From Candidatus Margulisiibacteriota bacterium (GTDB lineage: Bacteria > Margulisbacteria > WOR-1 > XYC2-FULL-46-14): DNA of 64,000 nt. A program made the translations under genes and the position numbers. The notes beneath the pieces were generated by a model that worked only from the letters and a program-made list of their open reading frames with translations, was not told the origin of the DNA and searched no databases. This document shows positions 33,699-45,131 of the stretch, piece by piece; the first letter of the stretch is position 1; each line of letters opens with the position of its first letter. The DNA is taken from the NCBI GenBank assembly GCA_042563095.1, contig JBHPMS010000002.1, positions 5,551-69,550 of the forward strand. The letters run 5' to 3'.

Positions 33699-33738
33699 AG
33701 GTCTGTACAACCTGAAATCTTTTTGCTAAGATAAAACA

Positions 33739-35130
33739 ATGCAAATTAAGAACGAACAGGATATGATTAAGGATTATTTGGAAGATAGCTCAAATTTGCA
33801 GGGTGGTTATTGTGAAGGAGTCTATCTGCCGGAAGAAGAAAACGAAGTAATTGAGATTGTTAAAGAAAATAAGATGATCAAACGTCCCTTAACAATCTCG
33901 GGTGCGGGGACCGGAACAGTTGGCGGTCGTATCCCCTTTGGCGGCTGGGTATTATCTACCGAAAAAATGAAAGAGACTGTAAATGTAGATCTTAATATAA
34001 AAACTGCAGTTTTTCAACCCGGGATAACAATAGAAGAAATTGATAATGTTTTAAAAGATACTGGTTTGATGTATGCCCCCGATCCGACTGAAAAAACCGC
34101 TGCTCTGGGTGGTACAATTGCAACTAATGCATCGGGTGCTCGCGGATTACGTTATGGATCTACTCGTGATCATGTTAATCGAATCAAAGTGGTGACCGGA
34201 GAAGGTAAAGTTTTGGACATCAGTCGAGGCGAAAAGTTTAAAAACGTGCCAAATTACCTGGTCCCGGATGTAAAAACATCAGCTGGTTACTATCTTAAGC
34301 CACATATGGATCTGATCGACCTTTTTATTGGAAGTGAGGGAACGCTTGGAATTATAACCGAAATCGAAGTAAATTTAGTCGAACGGCCGGTGCAAACTTT
34401 CTGTTTTATAGCATTCTTAGATTCTGAAGATGCAGCACTTAATTTTGCAAATGACCTCGCGTTAAAAGATGATGTGATCAGCATAGAATATTTTGATAAA
34501 AATACTTTGGAGATGCTCAGGCCAAAATACAATAAAATCCCAAACAATGCCAGTACCGCGCTTTACATAGAACAGGCGGTGAAAGATTCTTATCTTGACT
34601 TTTGGGACTCATTTTTTAAAAAACATAAACTTTCAGAAAAAAAAGCCTGGATGGGAACAAATAAAAAACAACAAAACACTTTGTGGGAATTCAGGCATGC
34701 AATTCCCGAAACAATTAATGAGCTTTATAAAGCATATCGGCAGCAAAAGGTATCTTTAGATATGTCAGTCCCTACCCACCGCTTTAGAGAGCTGGTTAAA
34801 ATTTATAACACAAATTTAGATGAAAGCCGCCTGTTTTATATAAAGTTTGGCCATATCGGAGAATCTCATCTGCATGTCAATATTCTACCAAAAAATGATG
34901 AGGAAATTAAAAAGGCTCAAGATTTATCACTCCTCTTTGTTACCAGGGCGATTAGCATGCGCGGGAGCATATCGGCTGAACATGGGGTTGGTAAATTAAA
35001 GCATAGCATGCTAAACGAGATGTATCACGAAGGTGGGATCCTGGGAATGATTAAAGTGAAGAAAAAATTCGATCCTGCCCTCATCCTCGGCCTCGATAAT
35101 ATTTTTCCTCGAAAGTTATTTAAAAGATAA
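33739..35130 (+). CDS. FAD-linked oxidase (GlcD/D-lactate dehydrogenase family)
   Basis: 463 aa. An FAD-binding PCMH-type N-terminus (LTISGAGTGTVGG), and a C-terminal HGVGKLK oxidase motif. Confidence 0.7.
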   Translation: MQIKNEQDMIKDYLEDSSNLQGGYCEGVYLPEEENEVIEIVKENKMIKRPLTISGAGTGTVGGRIPFGGWVLSTEKMKETVNVDLNIKTAVFQPGITIEEIDNVLKDTGLMYAPDPTEKTAALGGTIATNASGARGLRYGSTRDHVNRIKVVTGEGKVLDISRGEKFKNVPNYLVPDVKTSAGYYLKPHMDLIDLFIGSEGTLGIITEIEVNLVERPVQTFCFIAFLDSEDAALNFANDLALKDDVISIEYFDKNTLEMLRPKYNKIPNNASTALYIEQAVKDSYLDFWDSFFKKHKLSEKKAWMGTNKKQQNTLWEFRHAIPETINELYKAYRQQKVSLDMSVPTHRFRELVKIYNTNLDESRLFYIKFGHIGESHLHVNILPKNDEEIKKAQDLSLLFVTRAISMRGSISAEHGVGKLKHSMLNEMYHEGGILGMIKVKKKFDPALILGLDNIFPRKLFKR

Positions 35131-35187
35131 AAAAAGAAGGTGGAGAATATTTTCCCCACCTTCGCTATCCGTGCTATCCGTGATGCT

Positions 35188-36849
35188 TTACATCATTCCT
35201 GGCATTCCGCCACCCATTCCGCCCATGCCACCCATTCCACCCGGCATTGCTGGTGCAGCAGCCTCTTTTTCTGGCTTTTCTGCAACCATACATTCAGTGG
35301 TGAGCAACATAGAAGCGATACTGGCAGCATTTTGCAATGCTGAGCGGGTTACTTTTAGCGGATCAACAATCCCGGCTTTGAACATATCGGTATATTCAAA
35401 ATCCTGGGCGTTAAATCCATACCCCTCTTTCTCCTTTTTAACCTTCTCAATTACAACCGCCCCTTCAAATCCTGAATTGCGGGCAATCTGTTTGAGTGGT
35501 TCTTCCAGAGAGTGTCGGACAATACTGACGCCAATCTTTTCATCACCAGAGGTTTTATTCTCCAGCTTTTCAAGTGCCGGTAAAATATGGATAAAGGTTG
35601 ATCCACCGCCGGCAATAATACCCTCTTCAACTGCTGCACGAGTTGCTGAAAGTGCGTCTTCAATTCTGTGCTTCTTCTCTTTCAGTTCTGTCTCTGTTGC
35701 TGCTCCTGCTTTAATTACTGCAACTCCGCCTGACAGTTTTGCCAAACGCTCTTGTAATTTTTCCTTATCGTAAGAAGAATCGGACATTTCCACTTCTTTT
35801 TTTATCTGCGAAACTCTTTCTTTGATAGAAGCGGCAGTTCCGTCCCCTTCGATAATAGTAGTATCTTCTTTGCGAACTACCACTTTTTTGGCTGATCCAA
35901 ACCAGTTTTCCTGAATATTTTCAAGGGTTAAGCCTTTATCTTCAGCAATAACTTCGCCGCCGGTTAAAATTGCAATATCTTCTAACATTGCTTTTCTGCG
36001 GTCGCCAAAGCCTGGTGCCTTCACTGCCACACAGTTGATTGTTCCGCGGAGTTTATTAACAACGATTGTTGCTAACGCTTCACCTTCTAAATCATCTGCG
36101 ATGATCAATAATGGTTTGCTGGCCTGGACGCTCTTTTCAAGCGCTGGCAGCAGATCTTTAATAGCACTGATCTTTTTATCGGTCATCAGGATTGAGCAGT
36201 TTTCAAGTACACACTCCATCCGGTCACGATCAGTAACCATATAAGGAGAAGCATAACCTTTGTCAAATTGCATCCCTTCAACCACATCAAGAGAAGTCTC
36301 GATACCTTTTGACTCCTCCACAGTTATTACTCCATCCTTTCCAACCTTTTCCATTGCATCTGCGATCAAATCTCCGATCTCGTTATCGTTGTTGGCAGAA
36401 ATTGATGCAACCTGTGCAATAGCTTCTTTTGAATCGACCTGACGGCTCTGTTTTTTGAGCTCGTCAATCGCTTTATCGACAGCCTTTTGGATTCCACGTT
36501 TCAAAGCCATCGGATTTACTCCAGAAACAACCCCTTTCAGCCCTTTTCTGAAGATAATTTGACCAAGTAAGGTTGCGGTTGTTGTACCGTCACCTGCAAT
36601 ATCATTGGTCTTGGAAGCAACTTCTTTTAACAGTTGTGCTCCCATATTTTCAAAAGGATCGGCTAAGTCAATCTCTTTTGCAATGGTTACCCCATCATTG
36701 GTTATAGTCGGAGATCCCCATTTCTTTTCGATTACAACGTTTCTTCCGCGTGGTCCTAGAGTAATTTTAACGGCGTCTGCAACTTTTTCAACGCCTTTAT
36801 CGATTGCTCTCCAGGCATCATCGCCGAAACGCAATTCCTTCGATGCCAT
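35188..36849 (-). CDS. groL: Chaperonin GroEL
   Basis: 553 aa. [24 protein letters not shown], and a C-terminal GGM repeat. Confidence 0.95.
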   Translation of the reverse strand: MASKELRFGDDAWRAIDKGVEKVADAVKITLGPRGRNVVIEKKWGSPTITNDGVTIAKEIDLADPFENMGAQLLKEVASKTNDIAGDGTTTATLLGQIIFRKGLKGVVSGVNPMALKRGIQKAVDKAIDELKKQSRQVDSKEAIAQVASISANNDNEIGDLIADAMEKVGKDGVITVEESKGIETSLDVVEGMQFDKGYASPYMVTDRDRMECVLENCSILMTDKKISAIKDLLPALEKSVQASKPLLIIADDLEGEALATIVVNKLRGTINCVAVKAPGFGDRRKAMLEDIAILTGGEVIAEDKGLTLENIQENWFGSAKKVVVRKEDTTIIEGDGTAASIKERVSQIKKEVEMSDSSYDKEKLQERLAKLSGGVAVIKAGAATETELKEKKHRIEDALSATRAAVEEGIIAGGGSTFIHILPALEKLENKTSGDEKIGVSIVRHSLEEPLKQIARNSGFEGAVVIEKVKKEKEGYGFNAQDFEYTDMFKAGIVDPLKVTRSALQNAASIASMLLTTECMVAEKPEKEAAAPAMPGGMGGMGGMGGGMPGMM

Positions 36850-36865
36850 AATTTAATAACCTCCT

Positions 36866-37162
36866 TTATTTAATCGCGAGAATATCGCGTTCTTGAAGTA
36901 TGATGAAATCATCACCTTCAAGTTTTATTTCGGTCCCGCCGTATTTTGAATAGATGACTTTGTCACCTACTTTTACTTCCAGCGGAATGCGTTGGCCGTT
37001 GTCCAGGATTCTGCCTGAACCAATTGCCACAACCGTACCTTCTTGAGGTTTTTCTTTTGCTGATTCTGGTAAAACAATTCCGGATTTTGTTTTTTCCTCA
37101 GACGGTGCTGGTTTTACTAAAACTCTGTCCCCGATCGGGGTCAAACCTTTTTTTGCTGCCAT
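36866..37162 (-). CDS. groS: Co-chaperonin GroES
   Basis: 98 aa. [12 protein letters not shown]... Confidence 0.95.
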   Translation of the reverse strand: MAAKKGLTPIGDRVLVKPAPSEEKTKSGIVLPESAKEKPQEGTVVAIGSGRILDNGQRIPLEVKVGDKVIYSKYGGTEIKLEGDDFIILQERDILAIK

Positions 37163-37241
37163 TTTTTATTCTCACCTCCTGTTTAATTGTTAGCACTCAC
37201 TACGCTTGAGTGCTAATTGTAGCATGGGGTTAAATTGGTTG

Positions 37242-38636
37242 TCAAGAGTTGAAAATAAGAATTCTAAAAAAGTTCATTATAAGATATAAAAACGAAAATA
37301 AGGCGGTAACCTTATCGGTAAAATACTGCTCAAAAGTCAGCACTCCTTCCCCTGGAATCATCCCAAAGTACCACTGAAAGTACATTAGTAAGTTAAAAAT
37401 GACTAAAAACGAGAACAATGAAATTGTTCCATAAAATAATACTTTCTTAAATGAAACTTTATCCAAAATTGTCGCAATTCCAAGTGCAAAGACGATGCTT
37501 AAGCTCATATGCCGGCGGGAACCGAATCCGCTCCCGCAGGCCCAATCGATCACCACTCCACTATTTATATAGATCTGAGTTATCAGCATTAGAAAGAAAG
37601 TATAAAACAGATGACGATTCTTGACATCTTTGTAAAATAGAAATAGGCCGATAATTGCAAAAAGAACAATCGGAGTATAAGTTATTAATCCGTGATTGGT
37701 AGAGAAAAGAACCAGGTGAATGTATTTATAAGCTTGTGACCAAACAAAAACCCCCTTCCCTTGCGGCACTGTCAACCACTGCCCATACTGGAGCTTCCAC
37801 GCTATCATCTGCGGCACAAAGAAAAGAACAATCAACGAACCTACTGTAGCAATTGGTCGGAACCTGCGAATGAAATTCGCGGTTCCTTCTTTTTTGTATT
37901 CATAAAACAGTTCAACTAATAGCGCAATTGCAATTGAAAATATATTCTGCGGTCTGATCAGAACAGTAGCACCGGCAATAAGCCCAAGAAAAATCCATTC
38001 TTTCTGCTCTCTCTTTCCAAAAGTGTTGTACCAAAAATAAATAAATGCCGCCATGCCAGTTGCGCTTAAAATATGGGACATAGTTGGCTGGTTAAACTGA
38101 TAAAAGACGTACGGAGTTGCATAAAACATAAAAAGCGTAGCTAATAAACTGGTCTTTACAGAATAAAGCTTCCGTAAAAAGAAATAGATAATAAATATTC
38201 CAGCAGCTCCGATGAGCATCGAAGTGTTGGCAATAAAGAAATCGTAAAGAAAAGAGACACCATTAATCGGCACCATTATCCCGAAAGCATTCAAGAGATA
38301 AGATAGAAAATGAGCAATCAGAAATCCTGGAAGCCAGAGGATTGCCGGACCAACTGACCAAACCGATGCGCGCTGATACCAACCGTAGATTTTAAAGTCA
38401 TTGTGAAGCGATAAATCACCATCAACCATCAGTGAACGAAGAAAAACATAGTAGCCGATGCAATCAATCTCCGGCATGTTAAAGTGTTCTTGTCCGAGCC
38501 GCGGTAAGATAGTTGAAAGTTTTGCAAAACGTTCTCCAACCAGTGGAAAATATGAAAATGCTTTTAAATATGGTGTTAAAGATCCTAAAATAAGCAGTGC
38601 AGCAATTATAATTACAGCGAGCCGATCACGGTTCAT
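37242..38636 (-). CDS. Polytopic membrane protein, GT-C/ArnT-PMT-like glycosyltransferase fold suspected
   Basis: 464 aa with at least 10 predicted TM helices. There is no soluble domain and the call is by weak resemblance only. Confidence 0.35.
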   Translation of the reverse strand: MNRDRLAVIIIAALLILGSLTPYLKAFSYFPLVGERFAKLSTILPRLGQEHFNMPEIDCIGYYVFLRSLMVDGDLSLHNDFKIYGWYQRASVWSVGPAILWLPGFLIAHFLSYLLNAFGIMVPINGVSFLYDFFIANTSMLIGAAGIFIIYFFLRKLYSVKTSLLATLFMFYATPYVFYQFNQPTMSHILSATGMAAFIYFWYNTFGKREQKEWIFLGLIAGATVLIRPQNIFSIAIALLVELFYEYKKEGTANFIRRFRPIATVGSLIVLFFVPQMIAWKLQYGQWLTVPQGKGVFVWSQAYKYIHLVLFSTNHGLITYTPIVLFAIIGLFLFYKDVKNRHLFYTFFLMLITQIYINSGVVIDWACGSGFGSRRHMSLSIVFALGIATILDKVSFKKVLFYGTISLFSFLVIFNLLMYFQWYFGMIPGEGVLTFEQYFTDKVTALFSFLYLIMNFFRILIFNS

Positions 38637-39559
38637 TTGCAGATCAGGGCAAAGTTATCTTTTACTATCTGTGCAGACTTTTGGAGTGCAGCTTTTTCTT
38701 CTTCAGTTAAACCGATATCTATTATCTTTTCTACCCCATTTTTGCCAAGCCGGCAGGGAGCACCTATATATACTCCAGTTATATCATAAGTTCCCTGCAA
38801 ATAAACTGAGCAAGGAATCAGGTCGCATTTATGTTTTATTATCTGGTCAACCATAAAAACCGCACAGCTGGATGGCGCATAAAAAGCGGAACCGGTTTTT
38901 AGTAATTTAACAATTTCTGCTCCCCCATTTCTGGCACGGTCGAAAAGTTCTTTAATCTTTTCCGGAGTACGCAGATTCTTCAAAAGCTGTTGTCCTAACT
39001 TTGTTTCACTTAAGATTGGAACCATCGAATCACCATGGCTCCCCACTATCATAGTTTTGACATCGGTTGGCTTGCAACCAATTTCTTGTGCAATAAAAGT
39101 TGCCAGGCGGCCGGTATCGAGTAAACCAGCCATTCCAATCACCCTGTTAGTGTTAAATCCGGTTGTATGCTGTACCAGCTGAGTCATCACATCAAGTGGA
39201 TTAGTCACAACAATAACAATCGAATTGGTTGCATGTAATCTGATCTGCTCAGAAATCGACCGGATAATCTCGGCGTTCTTCTTTAACAGATCTTCTCTAG
39301 TCATACCTGGTTTTCGGGCTAATCCAGCGGTAACGATAACAATTCCGGAATCTTTTATCTGCGAAAAATCGGTGGTTCCGAAGATGTATGATTTAAATCC
39401 TTCAAGTGAAGATGATTGATAGATATCAAGTGCTTTTCCCTCTGCTAAACCTTCAACAATGTCAACCAGAACAATAACTTCGGCCAGTTCTTTTTCGACC
39501 AGCCGCTGGGCTGTGGTTGCACCGACATTTCCGGCACCGATTACAGAGATTTTACGCAT
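38633..39559 (-). CDS. mdh: Malate dehydrogenase (LDH-like family)
   Basis: GAGNVG Rossmann motif, and [12 protein letters not shown] (Arg at the substrate-discriminating position, MDH-type). Confidence 0.8.
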   Translation of the reverse strand: MRKISVIGAGNVGATTAQRLVEKELAEVIVLVDIVEGLAEGKALDIYQSSSLEGFKSYIFGTTDFSQIKDSGIVIVTAGLARKPGMTREDLLKKNAEIIRSISEQIRLHATNSIVIVVTNPLDVMTQLVQHTTGFNTNRVIGMAGLLDTGRLATFIAQEIGCKPTDVKTMIVGSHGDSMVPILSETKLGQQLLKNLRTPEKIKELFDRARNGGAEIVKLLKTGSAFYAPSSCAVFMVDQIIKHKCDLIPCSVYLQGTYDITGVYIGAPCRLGKNGVEKIIDIGLTEEEKAALQKSAQIVKDNFALICK

Positions 39560-40629
39560 TTTATTATTGCATCCGCCATTTGAGAAGTCCCGACTGCGGT
39601 TGGGTCATTCCGATCCGGCTTCATATCATAAGTTACATCTTTCCCCTCCGCCATAACTTTTGATACTGCAGTTTCGAGTTTTAGTGCTGCTTTCGGCTCA
39701 CCAATATAATCTAACATCATTGCACCGGACAAAATCATCGCGGTTGGATTTACCTTATTCAGACCTTTATATTTTGGAGCCGAACCGTGGACCGGTTCAA
39801 AAAGAGCAATCTCTTTACCGATATTTGCACCAGGCGCAATCCCCAATCCTCCAACCAGTCCGGCACATAAATCAGAAATAATATCACCGTAGAGGTTTGG
39901 AAGAACCAAAACATCGTATAACTCCGGCTTCTGCACCAGTTGCATGCACATATTGTCGATCAAGCGTTCTTCATATTCTATTTTTCCAACATATTCTTTT
40001 GCAATCTCTCTTGCCACTTCATAAAATAGCCCGTCTGTAAATTTAAGAATATTGGCTTTAGTTACCGCAGTCACCTTCTTTCTTCCGTGTTTGACTGCGT
40101 ATTCGAATGCAAAGCGGACAATTTGGCCGGTGCCGACTTTTGAAATTGGTTTTATACTGATACCAGAATCTTTTCTGATTTTCTTCTCAATCTTTCTATC
40201 AATAAAGCCGATCAGGTCTGCCGTCTCCTTTTCCCCTTCTTTAAATTCAATTCCAGCATACAGGTCCTCTGTATTTTCACGTACAACAATCAGATCAATG
40301 TCATTATACTTTGATCTGACCCCTTTATAAGATTTTGCCGGTCTTAAACAAGCATAAAGATTCAGTTTCTGCCGCATTGCAACATTAACAGAGCGGAATC
40401 CGGTTCCAATCGGCGTAGTGATTGGGCCCTTGATTGCAATTTTATTTTTTTTAATTGATTCTAAAACTGAATCAGGAAGTGGCGTCCCTGCTTTATCCAT
40501 GATATCGACGCCCGCATTTTGAACTTCCCAATTTATTTTTACACCGGTTGCCTCTATGCACCTTCTGGCAGCTTCGGCTATCTCCGGACCAATCCCATCA
40601 CCAGGGATCAAAGTAATGTTATAGGTCAC
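39541..40629 (-). CDS. icd: Isocitrate dehydrogenase (beta-decarboxylating dehydrogenase family, NAD-IDH-like)
   Basis: 362 aa. [29 protein letters not shown]. The Ser-x-Asn loop is IDH-like rather than IPMDH-like. Confidence 0.7.
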   Translation of the reverse strand: MTYNITLIPGDGIGPEIAEAARRCIEATGVKINWEVQNAGVDIMDKAGTPLPDSVLESIKKNKIAIKGPITTPIGTGFRSVNVAMRQKLNLYACLRPAKSYKGVRSKYNDIDLIVVRENTEDLYAGIEFKEGEKETADLIGFIDRKIEKKIRKDSGISIKPISKVGTGQIVRFAFEYAVKHGRKKVTAVTKANILKFTDGLFYEVAREIAKEYVGKIEYEERLIDNMCMQLVQKPELYDVLVLPNLYGDIISDLCAGLVGGLGIAPGANIGKEIALFEPVHGSAPKYKGLNKVNPTAMILSGAMMLDYIGEPKAALKLETAVSKVMAEGKDVTYDMKPDRNDPTAVGTSQMADAIIKCVKSL

Positions 40630-42011
40630 TGAATAGTATTCTCCTTGATAGTTTTGTAATGCTGTGGCAGATATATCTTGACCAGCTTTAAAATTTCTTC
40701 ATTAGAAATTGAAGTTGTCCTGCGATTAAGATATTGTTCATTGATCCAATAAAAAATTGAGTTAACCGCCGGATGGTCTTTCCCGATTCTATGCCTCCCT
40801 TTGAGTTTAAGTTTGCCGTTTAACCAGAGAGCGATTCCAGCCATTCCAGATTTGTCGGTGATCGCTACCCCGATCGGCCTGTCCAGAATTTTTTCAGTAT
40901 TAAAAATATTGTAGATCTCTTCATTTTTAATTATTCCATCAGCATGAATTCCTGCTCGAGTGACATTAAATTCTGATCCGACAAAAGGATAATTGGTTGG
41001 TATATGGAAACCAAGCTCTCTTCTAAAGTAATCAGCAATTTTTGTAATAACTCTGGTATTTATTCCGTCGGTCCGTCCGGTTAGAGATATGTATGACATA
41101 AGCATCGACTCAAGCGGAGGATTCCCGGTCCTTTCTCCAAAACCCAATAGAGCCGCGTTTACTACCGGGCATCCGTAGAGCCAGGCTGCCACTCCATCTG
41201 AATGGACATAATGGAAATCGTTATGGCCGTGCCATTCCAACTGTTCAGGAGGGATTTCCCCTTCTTTTAACAAAAGGTGAACAATTTTTGGCACCGAACG
41301 GGGAAGTTCTGCCGCAACGTGAGGCACGCCGTAACCAAGCGTATCACAAGCTCTAATCTTGATCGGCATTTTTGCTTCTTTTGACATTTTCATTAACTTT
41401 TGGACAAAGGGGAGCACAAAACCGTACATGTCGGCCCGGGTGATGTCTTCTAAATGACAACGCGGAATTACTCCGGCCTCGAGCGCTGCTTCAACAATAC
41501 CAACATACTGGTCAAATATTTGCTTACGATCCTTTTTAAGCTTCAAGTAGATATGATAATCTGAGCATGAAGTTAATATTCCAGTTTCTTTTAGCCCCAT
41601 CTCTTTTACCAGTTGAAAATCAGATTTTACTGCCCGTATCCAACCGGTTATCTCGGGATATTTGTAATGTTTTTCCATGCATTTATAGATCGCTTCTTTA
41701 TCTTTTTTGCTGTAGAGGAAAAACTCGGTCTGGCGGATAATCCCCTTCGGTCCACCCAGCTCATGCATCATATCAAAGACATCCACAATCTGTTTTACGG
41801 TATAGGGCGGCCTGCTCTGCTGTCCATCACGGAAGGTGGTATCGGTTATCCAGATTTTTTTTGGCAGATTAACCGGGACAATTTTATTGCTGATGGTTAT
41901 ACGCGGAACTCTATTATAAGAAAAATATTTCCTGAATAGTTCTGGACGCCACGGATTTTTAAGTTTATATTTATTTGCCATTATTTTATCTCCTCTTCTA
42001 AAATATATCAC
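40626..42011 (-). CDS. IPMS/homocitrate-synthase-family (HMGL-like) enzyme; candidate Re-face citrate synthase
   Basis: 461 aa. The TIM-barrel motifs are [10 protein letters not shown] and [41 protein letters not shown]. It is translationally coupled to icd and mdh, and that context argues for citrate rather than 2-IPM or homocitrate. Confidence 0.5.
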   Translation of the reverse strand: MIYFRRGDKIMANKYKLKNPWRPELFRKYFSYNRVPRITISNKIVPVNLPKKIWITDTTFRDGQQSRPPYTVKQIVDVFDMMHELGGPKGIIRQTEFFLYSKKDKEAIYKCMEKHYKYPEITGWIRAVKSDFQLVKEMGLKETGILTSCSDYHIYLKLKKDRKQIFDQYVGIVEAALEAGVIPRCHLEDITRADMYGFVLPFVQKLMKMSKEAKMPIKIRACDTLGYGVPHVAAELPRSVPKIVHLLLKEGEIPPEQLEWHGHNDFHYVHSDGVAAWLYGCPVVNAALLGFGERTGNPPLESMLMSYISLTGRTDGINTRVITKIADYFRRELGFHIPTNYPFVGSEFNVTRAGIHADGIIKNEEIYNIFNTEKILDRPIGVAITDKSGMAGIALWLNGKLKLKGRHRIGKDHPAVNSIFYWINEQYLNRRTTSISNEEILKLVKIYLPQHYKTIKENTIQ

Positions 42012-43426
42012 AATTTTAAAATAGCTTCCACCGCCTTAATTCCATCAACTGCGGAGCTGACAATCCCGCCGGCATAACCAGATCCTTCTCCGACCGGATA
42101 AAGATTTGAAACATGCTCAGCCTGGCGCTGTTCATTCCTCAAGATTCTAACCGGAGCAGAAGTCCTGGTTTCGGGAACATAAATTTTTGCTTTCCGGGAC
42201 GAAAAGAGCGGAAACCGGGCTTCCCAGTGGCGCAGTGCTTTTTCTAAACTGTTTGATACAAAATCGGGCAGGATTGCTTTCTTTTCAATCATCCTTTGGA
42301 ATTCAATCCCGGCCAACGGATCGTCTGACCCAAAATCCTCCGGAGTAACGGTTACCACCACAGCCGAATTTGAATATTTACCGTCTCTTTTTGAGTTGCT
42401 CATTCCATTGATAGCCAGCAGCCCCTCTTCAGAAGAAGCATTGATAACTTCACCGCCCGGACACATGCAAAAAGTATAAACTCCCCTATTATTTTCTTTA
42501 TCTTTGTATGTAAAAGAATAATCGGCCGCTCCTAAACCTGGATAATCTTTATACTTTTCACCGTACTGCATTAGATTTATTAACTCCGCCGGATGCTCTA
42601 TGCGAATACCGGCCGCAAAAGATTTCGCCTGCAGCTTTATACTTTTCTCTTTTAACTTTTGATAAGTTTCGCGAGCAGAATGGCCGGTGGCAAGAATAAG
42701 ATGTTCAGATTTCACTTTTTCTTGCCCGTTGATAACAATATAATTAATTTTTCCATCTTCTATATTAAAGTCAGTTAATTTTGAATTAAAATAGATTTCT
42801 CCCCCCTGTTCAAGAATATGTTTTCTAAGATTTTTGATTATTACTTTTAATCGATCAGTCCCGAGATGAGGTTTATTAACGTAACCAATCTCTTCTGGTG
42901 CTCCGAACTTTATGAATGTTTCTAATACTTTTGAAACAGATCCTTTCTCTTTGCTTCTTGTAGTTAGCTTTCCATCAGAATAAGCTCCCGCTCCTCCTTC
43001 ACCAAATTGTATGTTTGATTCAGTATTCAACTTTCCTGTTTTATTGAATTCAGCTATATCCTGATCCCTATCCCCTATCCTGCTTCCCCTTTCAAAGATA
43101 ATCGGTTTAATCCCATATTCCAAAAAAGTCAGCGCAGCAAAGATCCCGGCCGGACCAAAGCCAACTATAATCGGACGTTCTTTCAGTTTCCTGGCAACTT
43201 TTTTTTCTTTTTGCTGCTCTTCCTTTTCTAAAGGCGGCACGGTTATTAAAAGTGAAAGATTGTAGAAAAATTGATTCTTATCTCTAGCATCAAGAGATTT
43301 CCGGGTAATTTTTAAATCAATAATTTCATCAGGGCTTTTTTTTATTCTTTTTGAAGCAGATTTTTTGTAAGCTTCAATTCCGTCTTCTTCAATGCGGACC
43401 TTTAGATTCTGGAGAAGTAGTTGCAT
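42008..43426 (-). CDS. NAD(P)/FAD-dependent oxidoreductase (COG2509-like)
   Basis: 472 aa. IIVGFGPAGIFAAL dinucleotide-binding motif. Confidence 0.65.
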   Translation of the reverse strand: MQLLLQNLKVRIEEDGIEAYKKSASKRIKKSPDEIIDLKITRKSLDARDKNQFFYNLSLLITVPPLEKEEQQKEKKVARKLKERPIIVGFGPAGIFAALTFLEYGIKPIIFERGSRIGDRDQDIAEFNKTGKLNTESNIQFGEGGAGAYSDGKLTTRSKEKGSVSKVLETFIKFGAPEEIGYVNKPHLGTDRLKVIIKNLRKHILEQGGEIYFNSKLTDFNIEDGKINYIVINGQEKVKSEHLILATGHSARETYQKLKEKSIKLQAKSFAAGIRIEHPAELINLMQYGEKYKDYPGLGAADYSFTYKDKENNRGVYTFCMCPGGEVINASSEEGLLAINGMSNSKRDGKYSNSAVVVTVTPEDFGSDDPLAGIEFQRMIEKKAILPDFVSNSLEKALRHWEARFPLFSSRKAKIYVPETRTSAPVRILRNEQRQAEHVSNLYPVGEGSGYAGGIVSSAVDGIKAVEAILKL

Positions 43427-43772
43427 TACTCAATAATAGCATGGAATGTCTAAAGCTTTGTCCCAACCGAAAGGCTGATGTTTGAAGAGTTTTGAGATGA
43501 TCCATTTTCCGGAACCAGGGTGCTGGTCGCATATTCAATAAGCATGTTTATATTTTTCATAGGATCAAATTTTAATCCGGCATTCAGCTCAGTACCTGTT
43601 GCATTCCATCCGCTCGAATTAAACCAATGATGATCTGATATTTAGATGCCAGGCAATATTATTGCTTATGAAATAATAATAAAATCGACATATATATCGC
43701 ATCTGTCGACACATTGTCGAAATAGACTACATATACTTGAAATTTTATGTTATAATTAATATATAACTAGAG

Positions 43773-45131
43773 GTGGCAAAAATGAGTAAAAACAAACCGA
43801 ATGTGTTAGTTATAGATGATGAAGAGAATATGTTGTTAACCTATAAATCAATTCTAAAAAAGAAGTACAATACGGTATTAGTTAACCGAGGACAAGCGGG
43901 AATAGATAAGGTAAATGAGCAAGAATTTGCAGCAGTAATTGTTGACCTAAAAATGCCAGACATGGATGGACTAGAGGTATTACGTAAAATAAAAGAGATC
44001 AATCCAGATCAAAATGTGGTTATGTCCACGGCTATGAATGATGCAAAAATTGCAATCCAGGCGATCCGTAATGGAGCTCTTGAGTATATAACCAAACCAT
44101 TTGAAATTGATGAATTAGTTGCACTGATGGATAAGGTTATGGAAAGGAATAATCTAATAAAAGAGAACTCGTATCTTAAGACAGTTTTACAGGAACAAAA
44201 AACCTATTTTGACCTGATCGGACAAACCCAGGTAATGCAAAATATTTTTATGACAATTGAAAACATCAGTGCTGCAGACAGCACCGTCTTAATCACCGGT
44301 GAATCCGGAACCGGTAAGGAGTTAGTGGCTCACGCCATTCACAATAAAAGCAACCGCAAGGCCCGGCCATTTGTAATTGTTAATTGTGCAGCTATCCCAG
44401 AAAATTTGCTCGAATCAGAACTGTTTGGCCACGAAAGAGGTGCTTTTACCGGTGCTTTGGAGCGAAAAATTGGTAAATTTGAACTGGCCGATGGCGGTAC
44501 AATATTTTTGGACGAGATCGGTTGTATGCCGCTGTCAATGCAGTCAAAACTATTACGGATCGTACAGGATAGTAAGATTAGCAGAGTGGGCGGCAAAAAT
44601 CCGATCGAAGTTGATGTCCGGATATTAGCTGCTACAAATGCAAATATCGAGACTGAGATCAAGAAAGGTAATTTTAGAGAAGACCTTTTTTACCGGCTAA
44701 ACGTAATCCCAATAAAACTCCCCCCGTTAAGGGAGAGAAAAAATGATATTCCTCTTTTTGTCAGCTACTTTCTTAATAAATTCAACCGCGATCTCAAAAA
44801 AGCTATTAAAACAATCAGCCCTGACGCAATCAGATCACTTTTGGAATACAATTGGCCCGGGAATGTAAGGGAGTTGCAAAACCTGATTGAGCGGGCAGTA
44901 GCATTAAATGGGAACAAAGATGTCATTGATAGTATCCAGGTCAGTACTTCTTCAAAATCAGAAGATTCGAAAAGAAAAAAAAATTTGAAAGAAGCTACTG
45001 CTGAATTTGAAAAAGAATACATCAAAAGTGCGTTAAAAACTGTTAATGGCAACCAATCGGCAGCTGCGCGCTTATTAGAAATTCACCGGACTACCCTGAT
45101 CTCAAAAATGGAACTGCTCGGTTTAAAATAA
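43773..45131 (+). CDS. Sigma-54-dependent response regulator (NtrC family: REC-AAA+-Fis HTH)
   Basis: REC domain (VLVIDDE...D at VDLKMPDMDG), Walker A GESGTGKE, the GAFTGA motif (ERGAFTGAL) and a C-terminal HTH. Confidence 0.9.
   Translation: MAKMSKNKPNVLVIDDEENMLLTYKSILKKKYNTVLVNRGQAGIDKVNEQEFAAVIVDLKMPDMDGLEVLRKIKEINPDQNVVMSTAMNDAKIAIQAIRNGALEYITKPFEIDELVALMDKVMERNNLIKENSYLKTVLQEQKTYFDLIGQTQVMQNIFMTIENISAADSTVLITGESGTGKELVAHAIHNKSNRKARPFVIVNCAAIPENLLESELFGHERGAFTGALERKIGKFELADGGTIFLDEIGCMPLSMQSKLLRIVQDSKISRVGGKNPIEVDVRILAATNANIETEIKKGNFREDLFYRLNVIPIKLPPLRERKNDIPLFVSYFLNKFNRDLKKAIKTISPDAIRSLLEYNWPGNVRELQNLIERAVALNGNKDVIDSIQVSTSSKSEDSKRKKNLKEATAEFEKEYIKSALKTVNGNQSAAARLLEIHRTTLISKMELLGLK

Noticed and set aside
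35171-35773. 200-aa ORF (+) with a Pro-rich N-terminus ([14 protein letters not shown]).
   Set aside because: It is the antisense reading of the groEL C-terminal GGM repeat and body. groEL on the minus strand is unambiguous.
43427-43772. Search for a sigma-54 (GG-N10-GC) promoter upstream of the pilin genes and of the NtrC-like regulator (e.g. CTGGTCGCATATT, TGGAACCATTACTTTGC).
   Set aside because: The spacing or conserved bases do not fit TGGCAC-N5-TTGC, so a by-eye call is not supportable.
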